Positions 38,620-47,410 of a stretch of 64,000 nt of DNA are shown here, in pieces (the stretch's first letter is position 1; every line of letters begins with the position of its first letter). The DNA lies in contig CAVRVY010000001.1 of assembly GCA_963724765.1 (NCBI GenBank), positions 480,001 to 544,000 on the forward strand. The letters are read 5' to 3'. The stretch comes from an uncultured delta proteobacterium. GTDB lineage: Bacteria; Desulfobacterota; Binatia; Binatales; Binataceae. Below the pieces are notes generated by a model. It saw only the letters and a list, made by a program, of their open reading frames with translations. It had not been told where the DNA came from and searched no databases. Made by a program: the position numbers and the translations under genes.

Positions 38620-40335
38620 ATGCTGCGCGCGGCATGGATAGTATTTCAGAACGAATTTCGCCTTCTTGAGCAAGATCGCGCGGCGTTGTTCATGCTGGCT
38701 CTGGCTCCCCTGGTAATCATCACGGTAGCGGGACTCTCGCTTGGCAATATATACGGCGCCCAGCCCGGCTCGGAGCCGTATTCCATTATAGTCGTGGACG
38801 ACGATCACGGACGGCTGGCGCGTGCGCTCGTTGAAGCGTTCAGTCGTGACCATTCAGTGTCGGTCGTGTCGGTGGCGAATCTAAATGAGGCGCGCGCAAT
38901 CGTCAGCGGGCGGGCCCGCGCGCCACTTTGTATCGTGATCCCATCAGGAACAACAGACGCCTTTGAAGCCGGTCGCGACGTCCACCTGATGCTATACATC
39001 GACCCAGTGAAACGGCTGGAAGCCGGGGCCATCGAGCTTGATCTAGACCGCCTGTGCCGCGAGGTCACGGCTCGCGCTCACGACCTTGCGCGGAAGAAAA
39101 TGGCGGAACAGGCATCCCATCTCCGTGATCAGCTCGCGCAGGCCACCGATCAGATGAAAGCCAGCGCGGCTCAGCTGGATCGGCTTCGGCGGCAATTCGA
39201 ACGCGCCCGCGCCACTGCTCAATCGGAAATGATCGTGCAGACCCGCCAGGCAATCGAGCGAATCAGGGCCGAAACCATTTTGCAGGTTGATCGCTCCCTC
39301 GCGCAGACCAGGATTGCCGTCGAGCGCGACCTTGCCGCCCGCCACGACGCGCTGATTGCCGTGAGTCGCTACCTCGAACAACTCCAGGCAAGCCGGCACG
39401 ACTTCGAGACGTGGCTCGCGGAGCTCAAGTTCGCCGCTGGCTCTCATGCAAGCCAAATTCCCCCTCCACCGCAGTGGCCAGCCCAGCCCGATAGAGCGCA
39501 GTTGGCCGAACTCTCAAAGCCGCTCGATTTTGCCGCGCCGCGCGTCGATGCGGCGGCGTCCGTTGCGCTCCCGAATATAGCGATCAGGTTGCCGCGTCTA
39601 CCGGAGCTTCCTGATCTTCGTTCGATTCCTGATCTTGGCTATGCAGTTTCGCAGACGGCATCGCCCCTGCCGGGGATCCTCGGATGGCACGAACGTTCGA
39701 TCACCGGTGGCGATGCCGAGGTGAATGCGTTCGACCAGTATGTGCCGGGGTTCGGAATCACGTTCCTCTTGGTCGATATGCTCTGGGGCGTCGGCGTGGG
39801 TCTGATCGATGAACGCGACTGGGGCACCCTCGCGCGCCTGCGCGTCAGCGGCGCGCCGGCCTCGGGAATGATGCTCGGAAAACTGATGTCGCGTTTTCTA
39901 ATCGGCCTCGGTCAGATGGTCCTCCTGTTCGGCGCCGGCTGGGCTCTGTTCGGAATATCCCTCGGACGTAATTCGTGGGCTTTGCTGTTCCCGGCGGCGG
40001 CAATTTCATTTGCGGCTGCCGCATTCAGTCTCGTCATCGCCTGCGTCGCCAACACTCGCGATGCCGTGCTGCCGATCGGCGCGATGGCTGCGCTTGCGAT
40101 GTCAGCGATTGGCGGGTGCTGGTGGCCGCTCGACTTCGAGCCTTATTGGATGCGCGCGCTCGCGCTTGGGATGCCCACAACGTGGACGATGGAGGGGTTC
40201 AACAACTTGATGATTCGCGGGCTCGATCCGTTAAGTACCGCGTGCCCTGCGGCGATTACGTTTGCAATCGGTACGGTCTTTCTCGCTATGGGAATTCTTA
40301 GCTCCTCGCGAATATACGATCACGCGGGTCAATGA
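38620..40335 (+). CDS. ABC-2 type permease with a long coiled-coil/Pro-rich extracytoplasmic insertion
   Basis: N-terminal TM, VVDDD, YVPG, ER..GTL.RL, GG.WWP, PT.W. Confidence 0.85.
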   Translation: MLRAAWIVFQNEFRLLEQDRAALFMLALAPLVIITVAGLSLGNIYGAQPGSEPYSIIVVDDDHGRLARALVEAFSRDHSVSVVSVANLNEARAIVSGRARAPLCIVIPSGTTDAFEAGRDVHLMLYIDPVKRLEAGAIELDLDRLCREVTARAHDLARKKMAEQASHLRDQLAQATDQMKASAAQLDRLRRQFERARATAQSEMIVQTRQAIERIRAETILQVDRSLAQTRIAVERDLAARHDALIAVSRYLEQLQASRHDFETWLAELKFAAGSHASQIPPPPQWPAQPDRAQLAELSKPLDFAAPRVDAAASVALPNIAIRLPRLPELPDLRSIPDLGYAVSQTASPLPGILGWHERSITGGDAEVNAFDQYVPGFGITFLLVDMLWGVGVGLIDERDWGTLARLRVSGAPASGMMLGKLMSRFLIGLGQMVLLFGAGWALFGISLGRNSWALLFPAAAISFAAAAFSLVIACVANTRDAVLPIGAMAALAMSAIGGCWWPLDFEPYWMRALALGMPTTWTMEGFNNLMIRGLDPLSTACPAAITFAIGTVFLAMGILSSSRIYDHAGQ

Positions 40336-40817
40336 GCCGGGAGAGCTATTTGCTGCGAGGTCCACTGAAGCACGACATTCTTTTGTGCGTCACTCAGCTT
40401 GGCCGACGGATGAAAGAAGTCGTAATCTGCGGGTGGCATCGATCCGCTGTCCACGACCGCTTCAATCTCCGAGGCCATCGCGTTGCGCTGCTTTACATCC
40501 AGAGTCGCCCAGTCCGAGAAGTTCAGGACCTCTCGTCCTTTGTGCGCGCCGAACAGATACGACGGCGCAAGCTTCGCACTCCAGGAGCCGCTGCCGCGGT
40601 CGGAATGGCAATCGAAGCAAGAATTCGCGAGAGTTTGGTAGACCTGCGGGTCTGCTGCGAGACTATCGGTCGGAGCAGATCCTCGCTGCATCGCTGTCGA
40701 GTTGCTGCTACTCGAACATCCCGCGAGCAGTATCGCGATCCAAAAAGAAGCGCCGATACAGACTGCAAACAGACGGGGGCGCCAAATTCCAGCGGTATCG
40801 GAAATCAATCGATGCAT
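40329..40817 (-). CDS. Monoheme cytochrome c (haem-binding domain) lipoprotein
   Basis: Lipobox LAGC, CFDCH, LNFS.W and MPP..Y..FHP.AKL; ends overlapping the permease stop. Confidence 0.85.
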   Translation of the reverse strand: MHRLISDTAGIWRPRLFAVCIGASFWIAILLAGCSSSSNSTAMQRGSAPTDSLAADPQVYQTLANSCFDCHSDRGSGSWSAKLAPSYLFGAHKGREVLNFSDWATLDVKQRNAMASEIEAVVDSGSMPPADYDFFHPSAKLSDAQKNVVLQWTSQQIALPAH

Positions 40818-40848
40818 AGCAATCTTTCCCTAAATAAGACGTGCAGCA

Positions 40849-40864
40849 CGCAAGATGGATGCCA
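40849..40864 (-). promoter_or_regulatory. Candidate sigma54 promoter TGGCATCCATCTTGCG for the cytochrome c gene
   Basis: GG-N10-GC about 30 nt upstream of the ATG. Confidence 0.6.
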
Positions 40865-40964
40865 TGCTGCGCGTCCCAAATCCTTCAGAGCCCGGCAGTT
40901 CCTGCTATCCAGACGGCTCTCGACCAAACGAAAATTCGTGCCACCGCGACGAGGAGGATCTAGA

Positions 40965-42338
40965 ATGGCAAGTTCTCCGCTTGCCCAATACCCCAGCGAC
41001 GGAATGAGACTTTACGAAAAGTGCGTAAATCCGCAATGGGTCCGATTGCTCGATGTGTTGCAAATGAACGTGCGTTATAGCCGCTGCATCGGAACCGAGC
41101 TTCACACCGAAGACGGCCGCCAAATTCTCGACTTTAATTCAGGCTATTGCGTTCACAACGCTGGCCACAATCATCCGCGGATCAAAGCGGCGATCATCGC
41201 GGAACTCGAGCGCGATGGCGCCGCGATGCTCCAGACCGGTGTGCCGGAACTTGCAGGAGTTCTCGGCGCGCAGTTGTGCGAGCGCGCCGGCGGCAAGCTC
41301 ACCAAGGCGTTCTTCGCGAGTTCCGGCAGCGAGGGAGTCGAGGCGGCGATCAAATTCTCCCGAGCCCATACCGGTCGCGTCGGGATGCTTTCGGCCAAGG
41401 GCAGCTTCCATGGCCTCACATGCGGAGCACTCTCGCTCATGTCCGATGCGTTCTGGAAGGATGGGTTCGGTCCCATGCTTCCGGACGTCGAGATGGTCAG
41501 CTTTGACGCACCCGACGAACTTGCGACTAAGCTTGCGTCGAAACGCTTTGCTGCTTTCATCGTGGAGCCGGTACAGGTTGAGGCTGGAGTGCGCATACCC
41601 GACAGCGAATATCTGCAACAGGCGCAGGCGCTATGTCGTCGCTATGGCACTTTGTTCGTGCTGGACGAAGTGCAGACCGGACTCCACCGCACAGGGCCAT
41701 TCCTTGCGGCGCATCATTTCGCGCTCGACCCTGACATGATCATCCTGGCGAAGGCGCTCAGCGGAGGCCTGATACCGGTCGGAGCGGTGCTCATGACCGA
41801 CGCGGTGTACAACTCGACCTACAGCTCTTTCAAGCGCTCAATCGTTCACACTTCGACTTACAGCGAGAATGCGCTGGCGATGCGCGCGGGTCTCGCGACC
41901 CTCGAAGTGCTGGAATCGGAGAGGTTAGGCGAGCGCGCCACGAGATTGGGCCAGCAATTGCGATACATGCTGGCCGCGCGAATCGCCGACTACGAAATGA
42001 TTGGCGAGATTCGCGGCATCGGAATGCTGACGGCGATCGAGTTCCGCGCGCCGAAGCGGTTGCGACTCAGAATCCCGTTCGAAGCTTTTGCCCGGATTCA
42101 TCCGGCGATGTTCGGTCAAGTACTCGTTATGCATCTGTTTCGCGACAAGGGATTTCTCACGCAGATCTGCGGCAACAATTTCATGGCGCTCAAGATCGCA
42201 CCCCCGCTGATCGTTACCGACAACCAGCTTGAACAGTTTGTGGGCGCCTTTTGCGACATTGTCGAGTTGATGCACTCGGGAGGTCGATTTTGGGGGGAAG
42301 CGCTTGGCATGGCTCGCCGCGTGATCGGCGCCATTTGA
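40965..42338 (+). CDS. Class III PLP aminotransferase (ornithine/HpnO-like)
   Basis: D..SG....GHNHP, SGSEGVE.A.K, FHG.T, DEVQTG, AKALSGG; GAGGAGG RBS. Confidence 0.9.
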   Translation: MASSPLAQYPSDGMRLYEKCVNPQWVRLLDVLQMNVRYSRCIGTELHTEDGRQILDFNSGYCVHNAGHNHPRIKAAIIAELERDGAAMLQTGVPELAGVLGAQLCERAGGKLTKAFFASSGSEGVEAAIKFSRAHTGRVGMLSAKGSFHGLTCGALSLMSDAFWKDGFGPMLPDVEMVSFDAPDELATKLASKRFAAFIVEPVQVEAGVRIPDSEYLQQAQALCRRYGTLFVLDEVQTGLHRTGPFLAAHHFALDPDMIILAKALSGGLIPVGAVLMTDAVYNSTYSSFKRSIVHTSTYSENALAMRAGLATLEVLESERLGERATRLGQQLRYMLAARIADYEMIGEIRGIGMLTAIEFRAPKRLRLRIPFEAFARIHPAMFGQVLVMHLFRDKGFLTQICGNNFMALKIAPPLIVTDNQLEQFVGAFCDIVELMHSGGRFWGEALGMARRVIGAI

Positions 42339-42496
42339 AGACTTCACTTTCCTCGAAAGCTCACACTTTCTGCCGGGCACGCCGGTGCTCTCGTTCGGCA
42401 GTTCGCTGCCAGCACCCACTACACGGGCTACATTCAGCCGATCGACTTTTTTGGCGATGGACCGCACCGTTATGATCGCGGCTTCTCCGCTATCTA

Positions 42497-43578
42497 TTAA
42501 GTTCTGTATAATATAGTGACAAATGCTCTGGTCGGTGCTAATATGTGGCGCATGGGTAATCCAGCGGGTGTGCGGCGGGATTTCGCTGCGTTGGAAGAGC
42601 GGCGGATGGAGGCGGCGCGATTACTGCGACAAGGGCTTAGCCAGTCCGAGGTCGCGCGAGAGTTGGGCGTACACCGCCAGTCGGTTAGCCGCTGGGCGCG
42701 GGAACTTGGAGCATCGGGAGTGCGCGGCCTGCGCAAGGCCGGACGCACCGGGCGTCCAGCGAAGCTCATCCCGGCCCAGTTGCGCGACCTCGAGCGCGCA
42801 CTCAAGCGCGGACCCGAGGCGTTCGGATTTGCCAGCGGACTGTGGACCGCGAGTCGGGTGCGCGATCTCATCGAGTACCGGACCGGGGTGCGATACCACG
42901 AGGACCACGTCTGGCGCATCCTGCGCAAGCTTAACTGGACCTGCCAGCGTCCCACTGGAAAAGCGCTCGAGCGCGACGAGCAGGCAATCCGGCAGTGGAA
43001 GAAGTACCGCTGGCCGCAGATTAAAAAAAAGCGCTCTGCGAGCGGCGCACCATCGTGTTCATCGACGAAAGCGGACTGAGCGAACGGCCGCATCGGGTGC
43101 GGACCTGGGCGCCGCGCGGGCAGACTCCGGTGCTGCAGTATCACTTCAACTGGAAGGTGCTGTCGGCCACAGCCGGCATCACCTGGTGGAACTTTTACTT
43201 CCGGCTCTATCCCACAACCATCCGCGCCCCTCAGGTGGTGGACTTCCTCGGCCACCTGTTGCGTCATCTGCCGGGGAAGCTGTTGGTGGTGTGGGACGGA
43301 CTGCCGGCGCATCGGGCGCGCTTGGTAACCGAATTTATCCGCGCGCAGCGTGGCCGGCTGGCGCTCGAGTGGCTGCCGGGTTACGCGCCGGAACTCAACC
43401 CGGTGGAGTACATCTGGGGTTACTGGAAACACCACGAACTGCCCAACTTCTGTCCCCGCGATTTCACCCAGCTCAGCCATCAGGCCCGCCGCGCGCTGCG
43501 CCGCATGCGTCGGCGCCCACGCTTGGTGAGATCCTTCTGGCATCAAGCAAAACTGTCACTATAAAATGCAGGACTTAA
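42497..43578 (+). mobile_element. Intact IS630-family insertion sequence with TA duplication
   Basis: 25-bp imperfect terminal IRs (TTAAGTTCTGTATAATATAGTGACA / TGTCACTATAAAATGCAGGACTTAA) flanked by TA at 42495-6 and 43579-80. Confidence 0.92.
42543..43564 (+). CDS. IS630 transposase, two ORFs joined by a -1 frameshift at the A8 run (43023-43030)
   Basis: HTH orfA ending ..IKKK; orfB with FIDESG, VWDG and APELNPVE DDE triad. Confidence 0.88.
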
Positions 43579-43997
43579 TAAGTCGGGCTTTGTCGACCAC
43601 ACTTCTAATGATCGTGCTCGATCGTGAAATTCATAGAGAAGATAATGGGATCTGCGCCACTCTCCGCCCGGAGTCGCGACAGTACCTAATCCAATTATGT
43701 CGGCGTCATCTGCTTACGCGCCAACAAATAGTCCAGCCATTGAAGATCTTACAACGATGATCAATTTCTGATTGGAATCGAAGGGAATATCGTAGAAAGA
43801 AATAGGGACGCCAGGTGTTGACTCTGAAGCCACTTTTTGGATAGCAGTTTTGAGCGTCTAACGAGTTGTCTTATCGATAAGGAGCCTGTGTTCTTGTTGC
43901 TCTGTAAATAAGCATGCATCACTCATTGCTCGCGTGAGCGCTGCTCAGTGGGCATGGTTACCGCCGACGCGCGGCCAAGGAAGAGGAGGTATGGAAA

Positions 43998-44675
43998 GTG
44001 CGGAAGGTGCTGAGAAAGTTAGCAGTCTACCTCCTTTGTACTGCGGTTGCGGTCCTCACCGCGAGTTGCTCATCAATGTCGCCCAAGCGCCAACAGGCCT
44101 GCCTAATTGGCGCGGGGGTCGGCGCCCTCGCGACCGGCGGCATCATGGCTGCAGCGATCGCGGGGGGGCATGGACATTCGGGATCTTACGAATTGGGTGT
44201 CCCGCTCGCGGCCTTTGGTGGTGCGATCGCTGGCGCAATCGTCGGATGCTCGTGGGTGAAGGAAGAGCCGCCGCCGACCCCGCCACCTCCGCCGCCGCCG
44301 CCACCTCCTCCGCCGCCACCGCCTCCTCCGCCGCCGGAGAAGATCATCCTGCGTGGCGTCCACTTTGACTTTGACAAGTCAAACATCCGCCCGCAGGATG
44401 CGGCCGTGCTCGACGAGGCCGCGGAAACCCTGAAGTCGCACCAGAACGTGTCGGTCAACGTCAATGGCTATTGCGACGCGATCGGCTCGGTCAGGTACAA
44501 CCTAAGGCTCTCCGAGCGCCGGTCCAACGCGGTCGTGAGGTACCTCGCCGACCACGGTGTGGCGGAAGGCCGCCTGAGCCCGCACGGCTATGGGAAGACG
44601 GACTTCGTCGCCACCAACAAGACGGCCGAAGGACGCGCCCAGAACCGCCGGGTCGAACTGGTGCCGAATCAGTAG
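43998..44675 (+). CDS. OmpA-domain lipoprotein with glycine zipper and poly-proline linker
   Basis: Lipobox TASC, Gly-rich segment, P19 run, F.FDKS, N..LS.RR, GRAQNRRVE. Confidence 0.9.
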   Translation: MRKVLRKLAVYLLCTAVAVLTASCSSMSPKRQQACLIGAGVGALATGGIMAAAIAGGHGHSGSYELGVPLAAFGGAIAGAIVGCSWVKEEPPPTPPPPPPPPPPPPPPPPPPPEKIILRGVHFDFDKSNIRPQDAAVLDEAAETLKSHQNVSVNVNGYCDAIGSVRYNLRLSERRSNAVVRYLADHGVAEGRLSPHGYGKTDFVATNKTAEGRAQNRRVELVPNQ

Positions 44676-45050
44676 CAGCGCGACCAGGCAGCGTCGATGG
44701 CGGCGCTGCCTAACTCGCGCGGCCACGCAACGTGGGGGCGTTATTTAGGTGGCCTCGATGACGCGAGAGTCACGAATGCAGCCGCGACTCGTTGGGTGGC
44801 GCCGTTGCTACGGTTTAGATCGCGGGCTGAGGTAGCGGATACAGATCAGACTGGGACCCCATGCGCTAACGCATGTCCCGGCCATGCCGGCGCTCCCGAT
44901 AATCGTTTCACTCGTTGGACTGCCAGAGCTTGATTAGGCGGGTTAATTGCGGAGAGAGTAGAAGGTGCTTTTCTATTGGACGATCGCTTGTGCAGGGCGA
45001 CTTGCACACGACTTTGCCAGCAGACGAAAACGAAGCGGAGACGTTAATAC

Positions 45051-45406
45051 ATGAAGTACCGTAACGCACTGCCAATCGCGTTTTCAGGTTTGCTGTATGC
45101 TTCTGCGGCCCTGGCCCAGACTAATGACCAGGCTGTAGAAGAAGGCGCTGGAGTAATTGCCTGGATCGTTGTCGGGCTGATTGGTGGCTACCTTGCTAGT
45201 CGGGTCGTGAACAAGACGGGCGAAGGCACGCTGCGAGACATCATTCTGGGCATAGTGGGCGGTATTATCGGTGGAATAATCTTCCGCAGCTTTGGCGGAC
45301 ACGGTGTGACGGGATTCAACCTTGGAGCATCCTTGTCGCGTTCATAGGCGGCATCGTTGTGCTTTTGATCTATCACGCTGTGCGCGGACAGCGCACGGGA
45401 AGATAA
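45051..45406 (+). pseudogene. GlsB/YeaQ/YmgE (transglycosylase-associated) membrane protein split by a 1-nt deletion near 45322
   Basis: IAWIVVGLIGG.LAS, DIILGIVG; adding one T restores GFNLWSILVAFIGG..VLLIYH. Confidence 0.8.
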
Positions 45407-45544
45407 CATAACCGGCGTTGTTCTCAACGGCCGGTTCAGGAACCTCAAGACACGTCTCTCGCATGAGACGAAGCCCTCACGTTCGTAGGAGCGGGATAGC
45501 GCGCGATCTCTTCTGCCGCACGCGCGATCACCATCTCGTGGACG

Positions 45545-46130
45545 TCACCAGTACCTCGCGGTGGCAATAGGCAGTCGGCACGAGTAGTCATTGCCACGGT
45601 ACCGCACCGCCGACAACGAGTTGCTCCGCGCGGCCTGCTTCTTGCCAGCGTCGTAAGGAGCTTGCGGCAGTGACAGCAGCGCGCAGCGATCCCGCACCAG
45701 CCAGCCGCTCGCCGATGGTATCATCATGGTTCCGCAGTCGGTCGCCCCACCGGCGCCGGCAGCACTCCAGCGACTGCGCGCTCAGCTCCGCGAAGCTGCC
45801 CACTTGCGGGCTCGGCACCAAGAAGTTGCGCCGCGCGTAACCGACCAACCCTTTGACCTTGCCCTTGTCGTTACCCTTGCCCGGGCCGGCCGAAGCGGTC
45901 GGTGAACAGGTAATGGGACTGCAGCTCGCTGAAGGTCCGCGTCCGTTGCCGCCGGCCGTCGCCCAAGATGCGCGCCACCGCCAGCTTGGTTTTGTCGTAC
46001 AGGATCGAACGCGGCACTCCGCCGAAGAACTCGAAGCTGACGTTGTGCCCTTCGCAGAAGACCTCCGTGCTCTCCGCCGGATAGGCCTGCACCAGACGGC
46101 CGTCGCTGTGCGGCAGGTTAAGTCCGGCAA
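45545..46130 (-). mobile_element. IS21-family IstA transposase remnant (frameshifted)
   Basis: LPHSD, AYPAE.TE.F.EGH, FFGGVP.SILYD, LQSHYLF..RFGRPG, GNDKGKV..LVGY.RRNF, VRY..NDYS. Confidence 0.85.
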
Positions 46131-46176
46131 CACCGGTAAATCCAGACGCTCTCGCAGAAGCGGTGTCGACGTCAAT

Positions 46177-46340
46177 TACCACACCGCGGGTTGCAGGTCC
46201 GTGTCGAGGAGCGAATCCACGCTTTGGAGAAACGCGTGAGTTCATTTCGCGCTTCTGCTACCACACCGCGGGTTGCAGGTCCGTGTCGAGGAGCGAATCC
46301 ACGCTTTGGAGAAACGCGTGAGTTCATTTCGCGCTTCTGC
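46177..46340 (+). repeat. Perfect 82-bp tandem duplication
   Basis: 46177-46258 is identical to 46259-46340. Confidence 0.92.
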
Positions 46341-46436
46341 TTGCGCTGCAGACTGCATCGGTGCTACGTGACGCTGGGATGCTACCTAGTTGCGCAACAT
46401 TGAAGGGAGCGGCGGACCTCCCCGCCGACGACGCAT

Positions 46437-47294
46437 GTGACGGGAACGTTCGTATTTGCGATCGTGGGCGAGCCCCACGTTCGCGCGGTGAACATCGCGC
46501 TCACGTACCTGAAACGTTTCTCACGCTCCAATATCGTTGTAGTAATGGGGCGAAGCAAACTTCGCCCCGCCCACGATCAGGTTATCGATGTCGACCTCCC
46601 AGACCAGCTCGATGATCGCGAAGCCAGCATATTTCTAAAGACCAGCTTACTCGAAGTATTAGGGTCAGTTCGCTCTCCATTCTGCTATCTAGACAGTGAC
46701 GTGATAGCTGTGAACGACGACGTCGATTCTATCTTCAAGCACAAGCATGGTCCCATAACCTTCGCGTCTGACAATATTTCGATCGATATGTTCAGTCGAT
46801 ATGCGGTTAATTGTGGATGCCAGGAGAGTACCTGCGATCACTTACGTGAGTCTATTCTACGTAAATTCGGTGTTCCCGTCACATCGGGCGACTGGCGGCT
46901 TTGGAACGGTGGAGTATTTCTGTTCGACAAAGACTCTGCTGATTTCTTGACAGTCTGGCACGAGCTCACCCGACAAATACTGACCGACTCGCTTTGGCGA
47001 ACGCGCGACCAGGGGACGCTGGCAACCACGGTCTGGAAGTGCGGCTTGCAGGATCAGCCTAGGTTGCCGCGTGCTTTCAATCTCATTGTTGACCGCTTCT
47101 GGGGGCTGCCTCTGTCCGAGCGCTTGAACATCTCACCAAACCGTTTTCATGTTTGGAACGACTATTCGCTGACGGGAGAGGGAGGGCGACCGCGTCCGTC
47201 ACTACTTCACTTCGTAAACGGCGGCGTCGGTCAAGCGGGCTGGCAAAACTGGGACGAGGTGGAGTCTCTTTTGCTATCTTCACAGAGAGCGTGA
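46437..47294 (+). CDS. Putative GT-A fold glycosyltransferase (GT8-like)
   Basis: YLDSD DxD motif, WNGGV, DQG, FN and HF motifs. Confidence 0.7.
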   Translation: MTGTFVFAIVGEPHVRAVNIALTYLKRFSRSNIVVVMGRSKLRPAHDQVIDVDLPDQLDDREASIFLKTSLLEVLGSVRSPFCYLDSDVIAVNDDVDSIFKHKHGPITFASDNISIDMFSRYAVNCGCQESTCDHLRESILRKFGVPVTSGDWRLWNGGVFLFDKDSADFLTVWHELTRQILTDSLWRTRDQGTLATTVWKCGLQDQPRLPRAFNLIVDRFWGLPLSERLNISPNRFHVWNDYSLTGEGGRPRPSLLHFVNGGVGQAGWQNWDEVESLLLSSQRA

Positions 47295-47410
47295 GCTGGT
47301 TTCGTTGACTTTTGTGCGTACCGAGAATTCGAATCCGTGAGCCCGTTGGCCGCCGCGGAGGCTGGCCGGCGGAAGATCCACATGGCCACAGCTTCATGCG
47401 TCATGTCCCA

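Noticed and set aside
40332-40964. 211-aa N-terminal extension of the aminotransferase (668-aa ORF call)
   Set aside because: It is the antisense of the cytochrome c gene; a strong GAGGAGG RBS precedes ATG 40965.
42497-43578. Long alternative-frame ORFs (349 and 351 aa) across IS630
   Set aside because: Shadow frames of the high-GC transposase with no motifs.
46177-46340. Possible CRISPR array
   Set aside because: Only two adjacent identical 82-bp units, with no spacers and no cas genes.
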